The translations under genes and the position numbers were made by a program. Source: Vermamoeba vermiformis (lineage: Eukaryota). From it: a stretch of DNA of 64,000 nt. Under the pieces are notes generated by a model. The model saw only the letters and a list, made by a program, of their open reading frames with translations, ran no database searches and was not told where the DNA came from. The stretch is from contig JBEWZL010000127.1 of NCBI GenBank assembly GCA_045837725.1, positions 186,001-250,000 of the forward strand, in the 5' to 3' direction. The stretch's first letter is position 1. Each line of letters starts with the position of its first letter. This document shows positions 11,854 through 23,286 of the stretch, piece after piece.

Positions 11854-14436
11854 ATGGATGTGGACATGCTTGACTCTCAGATGGGTGAGTTGGTATTCAT
11901 GCATTATAATATCTCTTTAATAACCATCATACGCATGATAAAATTTAGCGTATCATGTTATTCGTGAGATGTTTCATCCGGATGGAACAAATTCTTTTTC
12001 GGATCTACGTTAAGATTTAAGTAGTTTAGCTGCTTACTAATAATTTAATATTAGAGATTGAACGGTATGATGATTCTATCATCAACTCCCTGGTGGCAGT
12101 CGATTATTCTGGATCTACTGGCGGATGTGGCGATTATTGGAATTACGTCGCTAATGTGCTGTCTCTCATTCCGAAGAACGAAAATACGAAGTATATATTA
12201 TGGGACTCTTCGTGCGAGCAAGTGGACTTTGACAAAATGATGGCACAGTGCAAATCCAAATCCGGCAACGGCGGAACTAGTCCCGAAGAAGTGGCCAATT
12301 ACGTTGCAGAAAATTACGGCAAAGATTCAATAGATTTGCATTTATTCACCGACGGACAAGTTAGTCGATCGAGCGTAGTTAAATGCGACAACATTTTATC
12401 GAAAAACGAGATCTCGTTCAAAAATGTTTACGTGCACATTTATGATACTGGAGGTAGAGTCAATTTATCCGTATCAACTCCATTCACTCGAAAATGCGCA
12501 TTTCAAATCTTGGTCAACGGAGAAAAAATTGCTCAAGGAAATTGCCGCGAAAAAATAGATCTGCGCCAGTACGAAGATTTGGATTACTTCTTAAGCAATA
12601 TTGATACCTTAAAAGGAGATATAATAATGCAGAATATGGGCCTTATGAATGAAGAACTACGCAACGAACTTTTGGATCTGAAGAAAAAGTTACTCAATTC
12701 GTTCATGAAAATGCAAGTTCAATCCAACGGACTTTCAGACCAGCGATTATTAGATGCCCTTAACAACAGAGATTACGATACTGCTTTGAAGGAAGTCAAT
12801 TCATTAGTCGTCATGTACCAGCATCAAATGGACACCCCACGATTGATAGAACAGTCGATTAATGATATGGTGACCGCATGCACTTCCCCGAATAATTTCA
12901 GCTTTGATTTGATCAAAAGTTCGCGATATGACCGTGCGGAAGTTGCACTGGACATGCCCGCCGAACAAGTCGAAGAAGTTTTGGCACAAGAAAAGTCGTT
13001 CGAGTGTCCTATTATGCTCGATAATGACGTCCCTGCATTGCTCGTCGTAAGGCCAGACCAACCAATCCTAGCTGGGCTCGAGAAAGACGTCGTCGAGGAT
13101 ATCATTAATTGCCCGCTGAACCTCTGGAAGTACAAGGACCTCGTAGCCAAAGTAGCTAGTCTATTGGACCATCCAGTTGGCTGTCAATCACTCAAAGGCG
13201 GCCTCTTTGACGTCTCGCCATTGACTCGGAGACCGTTGCTCGGGGCTTTGACATTAGGTGCCGCAGAAGACCACTGTCACGCTACTAACTGGACTTTGAC
13301 AAAACTTTTCTCCGGCGGCAAACTGCTTGGAAATCCTGATTTATGGACTCTATTGGTGTACTACATCGCTAAGAGTCACGTGAAATATCTGTCGGACAAC
13401 AAGAACTTGATGGACAGCTTCGAGTGCCACGTGAAGTTCAGACTATTGCAGCACAAAACCAACTTAAGCTTATCAGGCTTGCCCAATTTCCCGATGATCA
13501 AGGTCCCGGTGGCTGCTGCAATATGGTATTGCGTTGCTTCTGGTGATATCTATGCCGAGCAAAATCACGCTCAAGATCGACTCCGTGCATTCGTCGGAGT
13601 TGGCGAGATCTTCATGCACGTATTGGACTTGCTTGGACTACCGTACAACAAAGAATATACTATTGATAGATTGAAGATACTACGTCTATTTGGATGGATG
13701 ATGTCGCAGAAATTGAACAAATCAAAGTTGGTGGATCTGATCCGCTCGTACTACCAAAATCACATTTATTTGGAAGACAAAGACAGATTCATATTCTTAG
13801 ATGGACCGCAACCGAAAGAACGACATCCAAAGGCTCCTATTCTGCCGGAGTTCACTCGAGAATTTTCGTTGGAAGTTTTGGTTTACTTCAGTTACCTAGT
13901 AGATCCGTCAAAGAAAACAGGCGATATCGTTATTAAGAAGGTCATATCGCCTCCTCCTGTGCACTACAAGAAGAACTACGGATACCCTGAAGATTGGACT
14001 GAAGCTGACATTCTTGAACGTGATGCAAAAGTTCCGATCTGCCCGTTGACTCTGCGACCATACTTCATAGACCCATTTAAGCGAAAAGAATGGAGATTAT
14101 GCGTTGAAGAGACTTGGGGTTGTCCATTAGACAAGACTATTAGTGCTCGGTACTATTACATCCGATTCGTCGTTGACAATTTCAAATTTCCATCGGTGAA
14201 TGAATTTATCGAGTACATGTACAACAAACAGCGCAACAGACAATTCGATGCCAATGGATACTTTGCCACAATATACCGAGAGTATTGTACGGTCGTTATT
14301 TAGCCAGATGGAGGCTGCTATGAAAGCTCACCACGAAAAAGTTGGAATTGTCGTTACTCGCACCGAGTTCATTCAAATTGTTGAGAAGAGCATTAATTGC
14401 AAACAACGAGAGCTGATTGAAAATGAATGGCATTAA
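11854..14436 (+). CDS. VWA/MIDAS-domain protein resembling baculovirus P94 (Ac134) family
   Basis: Short first exon (MDVDMLDSQM), intron ~11885-12054, then one ~2.4-kb exon. MIDAS residues DYSGS, GGT and TDG; further motifs NLSVSTPF, FECPI, NCPL, SPLTRRP and LSLSGLP..P..KVPVAAAIWYC. A +1 frameshift at ~14245 joins the 736-aa ORF to the 14200..14436 ORF. Confidence 0.65.
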
Positions 14437-14531
14437 CACAAATAAAAATTTAATTAATTTTAGGCGTTTAATAAATTAACAAATATAAACTATTACTTTA
14501 CAAAGATAGGCGTTCGTTCATCTTTATAGGC

Positions 14532-17483
14532 TTATTTCTTATTAGGAATCTTATCAGCGACTTTGTCTTTCAAATTTCGGGTCAATTGAGCGAGCGGGAT
14601 CAGCTGTTCGGGAGGCAATAAAGTTGACAACGTTGAGATGATTGATGCAGTAATATCCTCAACTGTAAATACAGATTAGATTGTATCGATGCATAATTTA
14701 GTATTGATATTACCTTCACGTAAGCAAACAGCAGTCGCTTTTTTCAATTGATCGAATTTCGTATCAGTTTGCGATGGTGGAGGTGGCTTAGGCTTAACAT
14801 AAGGAGGAATATATTGCTTGGCATCTTCGGTGATCTATTTAAATTAAATTAATATTAAAATATTTTTTTGGTTTCATTAGTAACGTACTGAAATTAATCC
14901 TCGAACGTGTTGCGCGGTCGGGATCAGATCTTCAAGAGTCTTAATCAAGGCTAATTCTCGCTTAATAGTGACTAAAGCCTGCTTAACTTCTTGACCCATA
15001 TTCATAGCAGCATATCTGAAGAACAAAAAGTTCAGATCCAGTACGCTTTGACCAAAGTTTGACCGAATCGCTTACCTAATACGTAACAACTTCTCCTCGT
15101 TAGTCAATCGTTCATCGTCGATATCGGTAGATGGCATCGCCGGTGTCAATTTAACAACAGTAGTTTTAACTGGCTCCTTACTAAGAACGGATCAGTATGG
15201 TCGAAACTGATCAGAAGATCTGAATACAACTTACGGCTTCGCTCCTGAGCCTTGTAACTGTTTCCTTCGCAGTTCTCGTTCTGCTTCTTTACGTTTACGT
15301 TCTTGTTCCCAAGCTATTATAAAAGACAATTGGTAAGAAAGATCCGATCTGGTTTTTAAATTTTTGTAACGTACCAAAGTAGCGTTTCTCCAAAGTATCG
15401 ACCACGTGATCAGTACCAATCTTCAATTTAGTCAACAATTCTTCATCAGTCAACGGGTTACTAAATAATACAATTAATTTCTGAGAAAAATCATAAAATT
15501 ATATTTGATTGTACCGATCAATTTGAAAAGTGACCAAGTTGACGCAACGACCCATAGTAATAGGCAGTTCCTTAAGCAAGTTATCGGACAAGTTCAGCGT
15601 GACAAGACGAGTCAAATTGCCAAATGATTCGGGCAATTCTGCGATCTTGTTTGTACCCAAGTTAAGCTCCAGCAATCTGACCAATATAATAAGCCATAAC
15701 ATTCTTATAATACTATAAATATGCCTATGTTACCTAGGGAAGCTGCCAAAGTCCCAGGGCAGTTCGGTCAATTGGCAAGCGTTCAAATCCATAATTTCCA
15801 AGTAATCCATGTGCAGCAATGAGGGCAATTTACGCAGACGGATTACCGCTCAAATCAAGTTCTATTGATATAATTAGTCAAATATATTAGCCAAATTTCG
15901 ATAATACGTTCAACGAAGAATTTTTTGGATCCGGTAGTAAGCGCATCCAAACGATTTATCATAAAATTTTTGTACCTTCTAATCGTCCCAAATTGCCAAG
16001 CTCAGCAGGAACAAGTTTCACTGCGTTGTTAGCAATAGAAAGCTTCTCCAAGTTCTCCAAGAATCCGATCTCCGTTGGGATTTCTTGGATCTGATTACCA
16101 GTGAGGTACAACACGCGCAAGTTCCTTAAATCTCCGATGCGTGCTGGCAACATTGTGATTTGATTACCGTTCAAGAACAGTTCGTTCAGGTCCTTGAACA
16201 AAAACACATCCGGAAAGCTCGTAAATCTAAAAATCGGTATAATAATAAGTTACTCGCTCTTATTCGGGTAATTTTATCGTTCTTACGTGTTAAAGCTCAA
16301 ATCGATGGTGAGCCAATCAACATAAGCCTTCAAATCACCAGGAACTTTCGTCAATTCGCAACCACCGAGATCAACTACAAAAAAAAATTGTTAATTTCAA
16401 TAATATTATAATATGACGCGCTTACTTTCTAAATTATCGTTTCTGCGAGCTAAAGCTACTTTTTCACGAATGTTCGGGTCAAAAGTATTCGTCATACGAC
16501 TCGCTAACATCGCCTCTCGATCTCGCTTTCTAAAAAAGGAAATTCATTCAGTATTTCAAATCAAACAATAGGTGCCTAGTACTATAAATATATATGGCCT
16601 ATAATAATATCTAACTTACACTGCTTGCACACCACCGGGCACAAAGGACAGTTTGACCTCACCTTGCACGCGCTCACGTTTACCTTGACGAGGTTGCAGC
16701 GTGTACCAAACAGGCGTACCGTCTATGTTAATCCGCATATGTGAGTATAGGCGGCAGACAGTATATAAAGCTTTACTTGCCTAAACTGACATTGCCCATG
16801 TCGACGAGAAAATGACCCAAAAAGTCATCGGCTGACAACAGATCCTTGTCCCATACCGTAATGTACAATTTTGAGGCTTCAGTGCAGTCACTAGTACGTT
16901 ATATTAATATTAATGTTAATTATCGCATTTTACAGCAACTTTTCTAATTTAAAATGAAAAAGGTTGTCAAACGTGGATCTTCAAATATCCAATTTAAAAT
17001 CATCATTGTTTAATAATCTTCATTCAATAGAAAATAATAATATCCACATTTTAACACGATTTTTTATGCTTGATACGGATTTTTAAGCTTAAAACAAAAT
17101 CTAAATGAAATTGAATAAACTTATTTTAGACTTACATGTTGAATGATTCGCCCCATACAGGATTTAAATTTTTGTTAATGGTACGTGTCTTATATTGATT
17201 ACCAGCAACGTTAATTACAACGTACGGATCCGAATAACCTACAATAAATTAAAATCAGTAAATTAATGAGCAACTTGCTTTATAAATATTATGCCCATTG
17301 TATTATAGCTCGCAATAATTTAATATTTCAATTTTAGACTGTATCATATCAATTTTTGAAATTACCGTTAAGATCTGCTGCTTTGAGATCCTTCGCTTCG
17401 TGTACTGAATAGAGTTGCGGTTAGAAGGCCCATAATAAATATAATATATTCTCCTCGTTATTACCTGTCAATTGCACGTACAT
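14532..17483 (-). CDS. C2 domain + leucine-rich repeat protein
   Basis: Spliced N-terminus MYVQLTVHEAKDLKAADLNGYSDPYV...KNLNPVWGESF...VWDKDLLSADDFLG (C2 domain), then LxxLxLxxNxI repeats and a helical/Pro-rich C-terminus. About 14 exons, one GC-AG intron. Confidence 0.85.
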
Positions 17484-17584
17484 TCGTGTTGTTGATCTGT
17501 GCCTAAGCTGTTAGAAAATTGACAAAATCTCCGCAGTGATAATTTTTAATTCATCCTTCTATTGAAACACAACTCAACGCCAAA

Positions 17585-18522
17585 ATGAAATCATTATTGA
17601 CTGTTACCGTTCTTGTTATCACTATTGCCGTTTGCGTTGCCAACCCAGGTAAAATGAAACACCTTTGCTTTTTGGCAAAATCTATTGCCTCATCGACGCA
17701 AAACTGACACCATTGTCATATTTAGTCACAAAAACGATTAACATTCGTCCTGGCGTTGACGAGGAACACACCGTTGTGAATGTAAGTATTTATTGTAATT
17801 TTTAAATTTGAGATCGAATTAATTGCAGACATGTTGACGTCACAATAAATATTAATTGATTCTTTTGAATTGAAGATCGCGCTAATGTTATTTATAGGGT
17901 GAAGGTACTTGCGTATTCTCTTACTCATGCACTGGCGGATCTTCCGAAGGTAATCACGATCTAACTCATTCAATTTTTGGTTATTCGACTGGCAACTTAT
18001 TATAACTACTTATAGAATGGATTATGGAGCTTGACGACCGCGGCACCGAGTTCCACTGCTTCATTACTAGGTAAGAAATTTAAATTAGTTGTCAGATGGA
18101 AACGTTTCGCATTGTTCCGGAGCCTTGTTTTAATATGAGTATTATAGAGGAAGCCCCTCATACCTGTTCTTCAACTCTTTCAAGGCTTCACTCGGTGGCA
18201 AGCCCATCGCCGGCGCGGATGTTTTGGTACGCGACGCTGAATCCATGAACTGCACTGCCCGCTAACCGTTGCATTATAGGGACAAGACTTTGTAATGCGC
18301 CCAGATAGAGAGTACATTGTACAACTCAATGAAGGTACGTTTCAAGAATTCCTGCAGATGCGATCTCAAACAATTTTCTTTTGCTCAATGAAAGCCCTTT
18401 TGCCTCTTGATATTAACTAACTTATGCTTTAATATTATGCAGTTAAGAGCACCTCAGCATACAAGGGTATCGTTAATTCTATCAACCTTCGCTCCAAAGT
18501 TGAGGAAAGAGACGAGCTCTAA
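17585..18522 (+). CDS. Small secreted-pathway protein (~110 aa) with C-terminal RDEL ER-retention signal
   Basis: Five exons with canonical GT-AG give MKSLLTVTVLVITIAVCVANPEWIMELDDRGTEFHCFITRGSPSYLFFNSFKASLGGKPIAGADVLGQDFVMRPDREYIVQLNEVKSTSAYKGIVNSINLRSKVEERDEL*. Confidence 0.75.
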
Positions 18523-18696
18523 AATGTCCCGGTTAATTTATTCCTTAGTTGATAGTATCACTATTATATTATTGTATTCAATAGTCAGATTCACATAAAT
18601 ATTTGTGTTCCTCACTGAATCTTCGTCGTTGTTCCGAGATCCCTCGTTGCAAATTATTATTTTATTTTTTGGATCGAGAAGCAAAGCTTCATAACA

Positions 18697-18990
18697 ATGA
18701 GCTCGCTATTGAATAGACTCCGTGGAGGAGATGAAGAAGAGTCATGCGGCGAAGCATTGATTGGAGGAATGTGGCAAGGATTCAACTTGGGCATGCTGGT
18801 CGGAGGTGGCTGGATGGCGTATAGATTTTACAAATTTGGCAACGTTAGAATGAGATATAGAAGTACAATGAGAAAAGGAGGAAGAATGGCTCTTGGCGCT
18901 GGACTTTCACTTGGATTTATTTTTATGTTAGGTGCAGTTTATCAAAGCTGCCTTGGCGGTATTATAGAAGGCGGAGAGGATGAAGAATAA
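18697..18990 (+). CDS. Small Gly-rich membrane protein, Romo1/Mgr2 (Tim17 superfamily)-like
   Basis: 97 aa with an N-terminal SC, GxxxG-rich hydrophobic helices separated by a basic loop, and a Cys near the C-terminus, resembling the Romo1/Mgr2 layout. Confidence 0.55.
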   Translation: MSSLLNRLRGGDEEESCGEALIGGMWQGFNLGMLVGGGWMAYRFYKFGNVRMRYRSTMRKGGRMALGAGLSLGFIFMLGAVYQSCLGGIIEGGEDEE

Positions 18991-19042
18991 TTTTTTTGTA
19001 AATTAATAAATATTATTTGGCGGAATACAAATAATTTTCAAA

Positions 19043-19658
19043 ATGAACTCAGCGATCAGATCCGAACGCATCCACAAAGAGTAAGCGTACAATAATTTTA
19101 ATTAATTAATAATTAAATAATTTCAGTAGCATATTGAATTAATTCTGTTGAAAGCACAGATCTGACAGTTGGCGGGATTCACAATTTACTGCTTTGCGGC
19201 CAACGTTTCTACTTCGGAATAACGAGCAAGCTAAGTACGAAATAGTAAGCGGTAACAATTTTATAAATATTTAGGCTCTAAATTGACTGCGCACTGGTGT
19301 TCAGTAAATCGGTACGTTGGTTTCTGCACAACTAAGCCTTTTATGATGGATTTTTTTTTTTTTTTTAATCACCCAATAAGACAATAGTGACAGAATAAAT
19401 GTCTTGAAATACTGTTTAATTTGGAGCTCCAGTACTGTCTTGTTTCAGGTAACGTTGCAAGCGGAAGGTCAGTTCGAAGAATTGATGCACGAATGGCGAG
19501 AGAATGCCCGCAAAGATGCCTACACCAATAAACCACGATCAGCACCAGCACAGTACAAACATTATATTCGCCAGACAGCTATAACCGAATGCCTAAGCCT
19601 AAAGAGCCAAATAAAGCTGATGATAAGACGAAGAGCTGAGTTCTCTGGAGGCAGGTAG
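19043..19658 (+). CDS. Putative small spliced protein with GIY-YIG-like N-terminal pattern
   Basis: A four-exon model gives MNSAIRSERIHKDTDLTVGGIHNLLLCGQRFYFGITSKLSSKLTAHWCSVNRTVLFQVTLQAEGQFEE... The splice choices are my own. Confidence 0.3.
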
Positions 19659-20089
19659 CTTGAAACTTGAGACTTCCAATTTACACAAGCTAAAAGATCT
19701 TGCAAATGTGAATCTGGAGCACCTGGAGCAGCTAGGGTGCGCGCCTGGGTGGCGTTTTCGCTCTTTTTTGATAAACAGCAATTGCAGCTTTGAGCTCATC
19801 AAATTCTATATCGGCACGTTTAGATCTTCTTAGCCCAATGGTAAATCTGCTCCTTGCAGTATTGGACCGGAGGTTGCGGATCTGGTCGTGTTAATCTGTT
19901 AGGAACATTGCGAGGACCAATTCCGCCTATTAGGCGTCAACGGGTCATAGTCGAACGTTGGTATATTGAAAAAGGACCATAAGACCTCCAAAATCCTTTC
20001 TACTACCAATCCGAGGCCTGTTGCTAGCCCGAAAATCTTTCCAAAATCTTGCATGTTAAGTTAAAATAAGGTAAACTTAGTTCCTACAC

Positions 20090-21049
20090 TTAAGAGTACC
20101 TGCGTTCAATAATGAGCCGTTGCAGCAAGTCAGATAATTTTCAGGGCAAGGCGAATTGCAACTTATCAGGAACGATGTCGATCGAAACGATAATGTCGTT
20201 GAAGTCCTAGAACAAATAATATTGAATTATATTCAGGTCAACAATGTATATTATTTTTACCTTGTCGCCACCACCAAACAAGTCTTCAAACCCGATGAGA
20301 ATTTTTCCGTTGACATCTAAAATCGCCACGTGCGATATACCGTCTGCATTTTTGTTAAACTTGCTCGGATGACTCCAGTACGTGGCGTTTATACTTCCGC
20401 CTGCCGTAGTATTTTGGGGTGAAGTGATGGTAAATCCTATTTGTGTCCCTAAATTCACCAAGAATTAATAACATGCTCGTATATCTAATCTGTAACTTGC
20501 ATTTTGGAAAGGGTCCTATCGTTACAACATCCCCAACACGTGCACAAGTCTGATCCGGAAATAGAACATCAATATTTACGAGCCTGAAAATTTATATTGG
20601 CTTTGTAGTATCCCAGGGAACTTCGTATGCTACCACCGCTATTTAGGAACGTTATTTTGAGATGGCCCGTCTTCAGATGGAATCGAGTCAGTGATGGATG
20701 CGGAATAACTACGTTTCAAAATTTCATCTTCAGATTTCAAATTTAATTGGGTTACTACTTACTTCAGTCATTGTGTAAACATAGTCTCGTGTCCAAAATT
20801 ACGGAGGAGTCAGGAGGCTTTTTTTCCGGAAATTTAAGTTTGATAACCTCAAGAAGACCACTGCCATCAAGTTTAACGAAAGAGACAGTTCCATTTGGTA
20901 TCTCTATAAATTGTATTAGCGTATCCGTTAGTACTTAAATAATATTATGCATGAATCGACTAACCGGTGGAACTACACCGAGTTGCTGCAAAAGTGAAGC
21001 TGAATCCAAAAGCAACTAGCAAAATAAAATAACGAATCACTAAGTACAT
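20090..21049 (-). pseudogene. Secreted DUF4114/LruC-like protein, disrupted by ~3 single-base frameshifts (pseudogene or assembly errors)
   Basis: Signal peptide MYLVIRYFILLVAFGFSFTFA; KITFLNSGGSIRSSLGYY, VGDVVTIGPFP.GTQIGF and IGFEDLFGGGDKDFNDII motifs. Frameshifts at ~20788, ~20583 and ~20165. Confidence 0.6.
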
Positions 21050-23075
21050 GTTCGAGGTTGTTTAATGCGCTGAAAAGTTGAAAAATCAGAGAAAGGCCTT
21101 TCTGACGCGAAATTGTTTGTTTTCCAAATATGGTTAGAAATGGAATTAATCGCAACGGTCCAGGAATAGAGCAGTAATATTTTAATTCTGATCCATACCA
21201 AACTAATTCTTTTTTCTCCTCTCTCCGCAGCTTTTCAGTGAACTCTCTTCCAGCGACCTTGATCCAGACTCGTTCTCGCCACTGCGCGTCGCTTTCTCGC
21301 ACAAATATGCCACGATTCTGCCACACAAAGAACCAACAAGCCACCGAGAATACGGCAGCACCGAGCGTAATTTGAGGATGCACCCAGCTGAAGAAGTACC
21401 ACGTGAATGTTGCCAATATGGTCAGTCTAATAGTCTCGTAGTAGATGAACTTCGGGTGATGATCGTACATTTTGCCTAATGTGGCCAAGGAGTAGATCAA
21501 GGCACCGTAAACTGCGAATAACATCTCGTATGTCTTCATCTTCTTATACTCGACTAATAAGTATATGCCAGCTGCCATCACAATCAAGTAGTGAATGATC
21601 ACGTAGAGTGCGAGATGCACGGGCAATTTCGAGTCGTATTTCTCCGAGGACCAGGGCGTCGTGTCAGGCAAGGAATATTCCTTGTTGGTCTTGGGATCCC
21701 ATCCAGGCGGCATTATGAAGCACTTGAGCTTGTCGATGATCGATGAGCACGTGCTCATTTTGTTGAAAATCTTTCGCCAGATCGTCAGATTCGCTTCGAA
21801 CGGATCCCAAGTATCGATTGGTTCGACAGTGCCATATACTACTGGAAACTCTTCTTCTTGGTACGTGCCAAACATGCGATCCCAAATGGAGAACACTTCA
21901 CCATAGTTCTTGTCAATGTACGGTGACGGTGCGCTTGCGTGATGGATCCGATGCAAAGACGGCGTGATCATAAGGTACTTTAAGGGACCCATGCCCGAGA
22001 ATAGTCTCGTGTGAGTGAAGAACCCATAGATCTTTGCAATAGGATACAACATCAAGTAAACTTCTACGGGGAAAAAGAGGGCCATTGGCGCGTAGAAAAA
22101 AATCTCCGTCCATCTTTGAAGAGCGCCTTGGCTGAGAGACACAGAGTAGTTGAACTCGTTTGGTCCGTGATGTACTCCATGTACCGCCCACATGAACGCT
22201 ACACGATGAGCTGCACGATGGAACCAATAGTAGCCGAGATCTCGCATCAAAAACAGGCCAATGAACCCAGTTACACCTGGCAAAGAAAATTTGTTGCTTT
22301 AAGTACAAGATCTGATTGTTCCTTGCTCGATATTAATATAAACTACTAATTTGTATTTATAGTAAGATGAGTATTGATAGTATGGTTAGCTGAACGTACC
22401 ATTCAAACTAGTAATTCTGTAGTTTGCGTGGATCCACTCGTAGGGAATGCCCGTGACCAAAGTAACACCAATAACGTTGCTGATGAGGCCTGTAAGCACT
22501 TCAACGATTTGTTGGATCAAACCAGTGCCTAGATCGACTCAGATTAGTTTCGCGAAAGGGTCACGCGATGAATGTAATGAAGCCAGACCGATAATTAAAA
22601 TATGATACGGCAGGATAAATTACATTACAAATATGAGTGTCTTTACGTACCTAAACTTCGCATGCTGTCGTTCAATCGATACACATCCATGCCCATAATT
22701 TTAGACGCAGCAAATTCAATGATAATTGCAATCAAGAAGATAGGTATGCCTGCTCGTACTATACTTGTTTCAGCCACTGGAGTTCCATGGGCTAGATGGC
22801 TTTGGTAACTGACGTAAACGTGATAGAGCCAATACGTTATTGCAATAACGAAGAAAAATCCAATAATTGTTGATATGCTAGTAGTGTCCTTATCTGCATT
22901 ATATATGGCGTTCGGAGGCAATTTTGCTAATTTTGATGCTGACAGATCGGCGGGATCAACTGAGTAAATATCCAAATATTAATTTACGTTGCTTGATACG
23001 CGCATTAAATAGTAACCTACCTTTATTTCCTTTTTGGATTGCTGCGTAGCCAGCAACTGTTCTATGAGGCTTCAT
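20973..23075 (-). CDS. AGMO: Alkylglycerol monooxygenase-like (fatty-acid hydroxylase superfamily)
   Basis: His boxes YYWFHRAAH, HGVHH, FFTHT and TPSLHRIHH, plus DKNYG..FSIWDRMFGT and PPGW.P. Four exons. The true stop is probably near 21203 (see findings). Confidence 0.85.
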
Positions 23076-23286
23076 CACGGATTTTTTGCCCTCGTTCTGC
23101 TGCTAGCTAACCTCGAACTAATCCTTTAATGTTGATAGATTAATTAATGTGTTAAACAGCACTAGGTAGTTATAAATAATTGGTTACTGCCAGAACAAGA
23201 ATTTGACCTGAGGAAATTCCAACACGCAAAAAATCTTCTTGAGGGGAAAGCTATTTACATTTATTTTCATTCTTTTGATTTCGTAT

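Noticed and set aside
19599-20054. Minus-strand gene beginning MQDFGKIFGLATGLG
   Set aside because: It needs several frameshifts and I recognise no domain, so it is not supportable.
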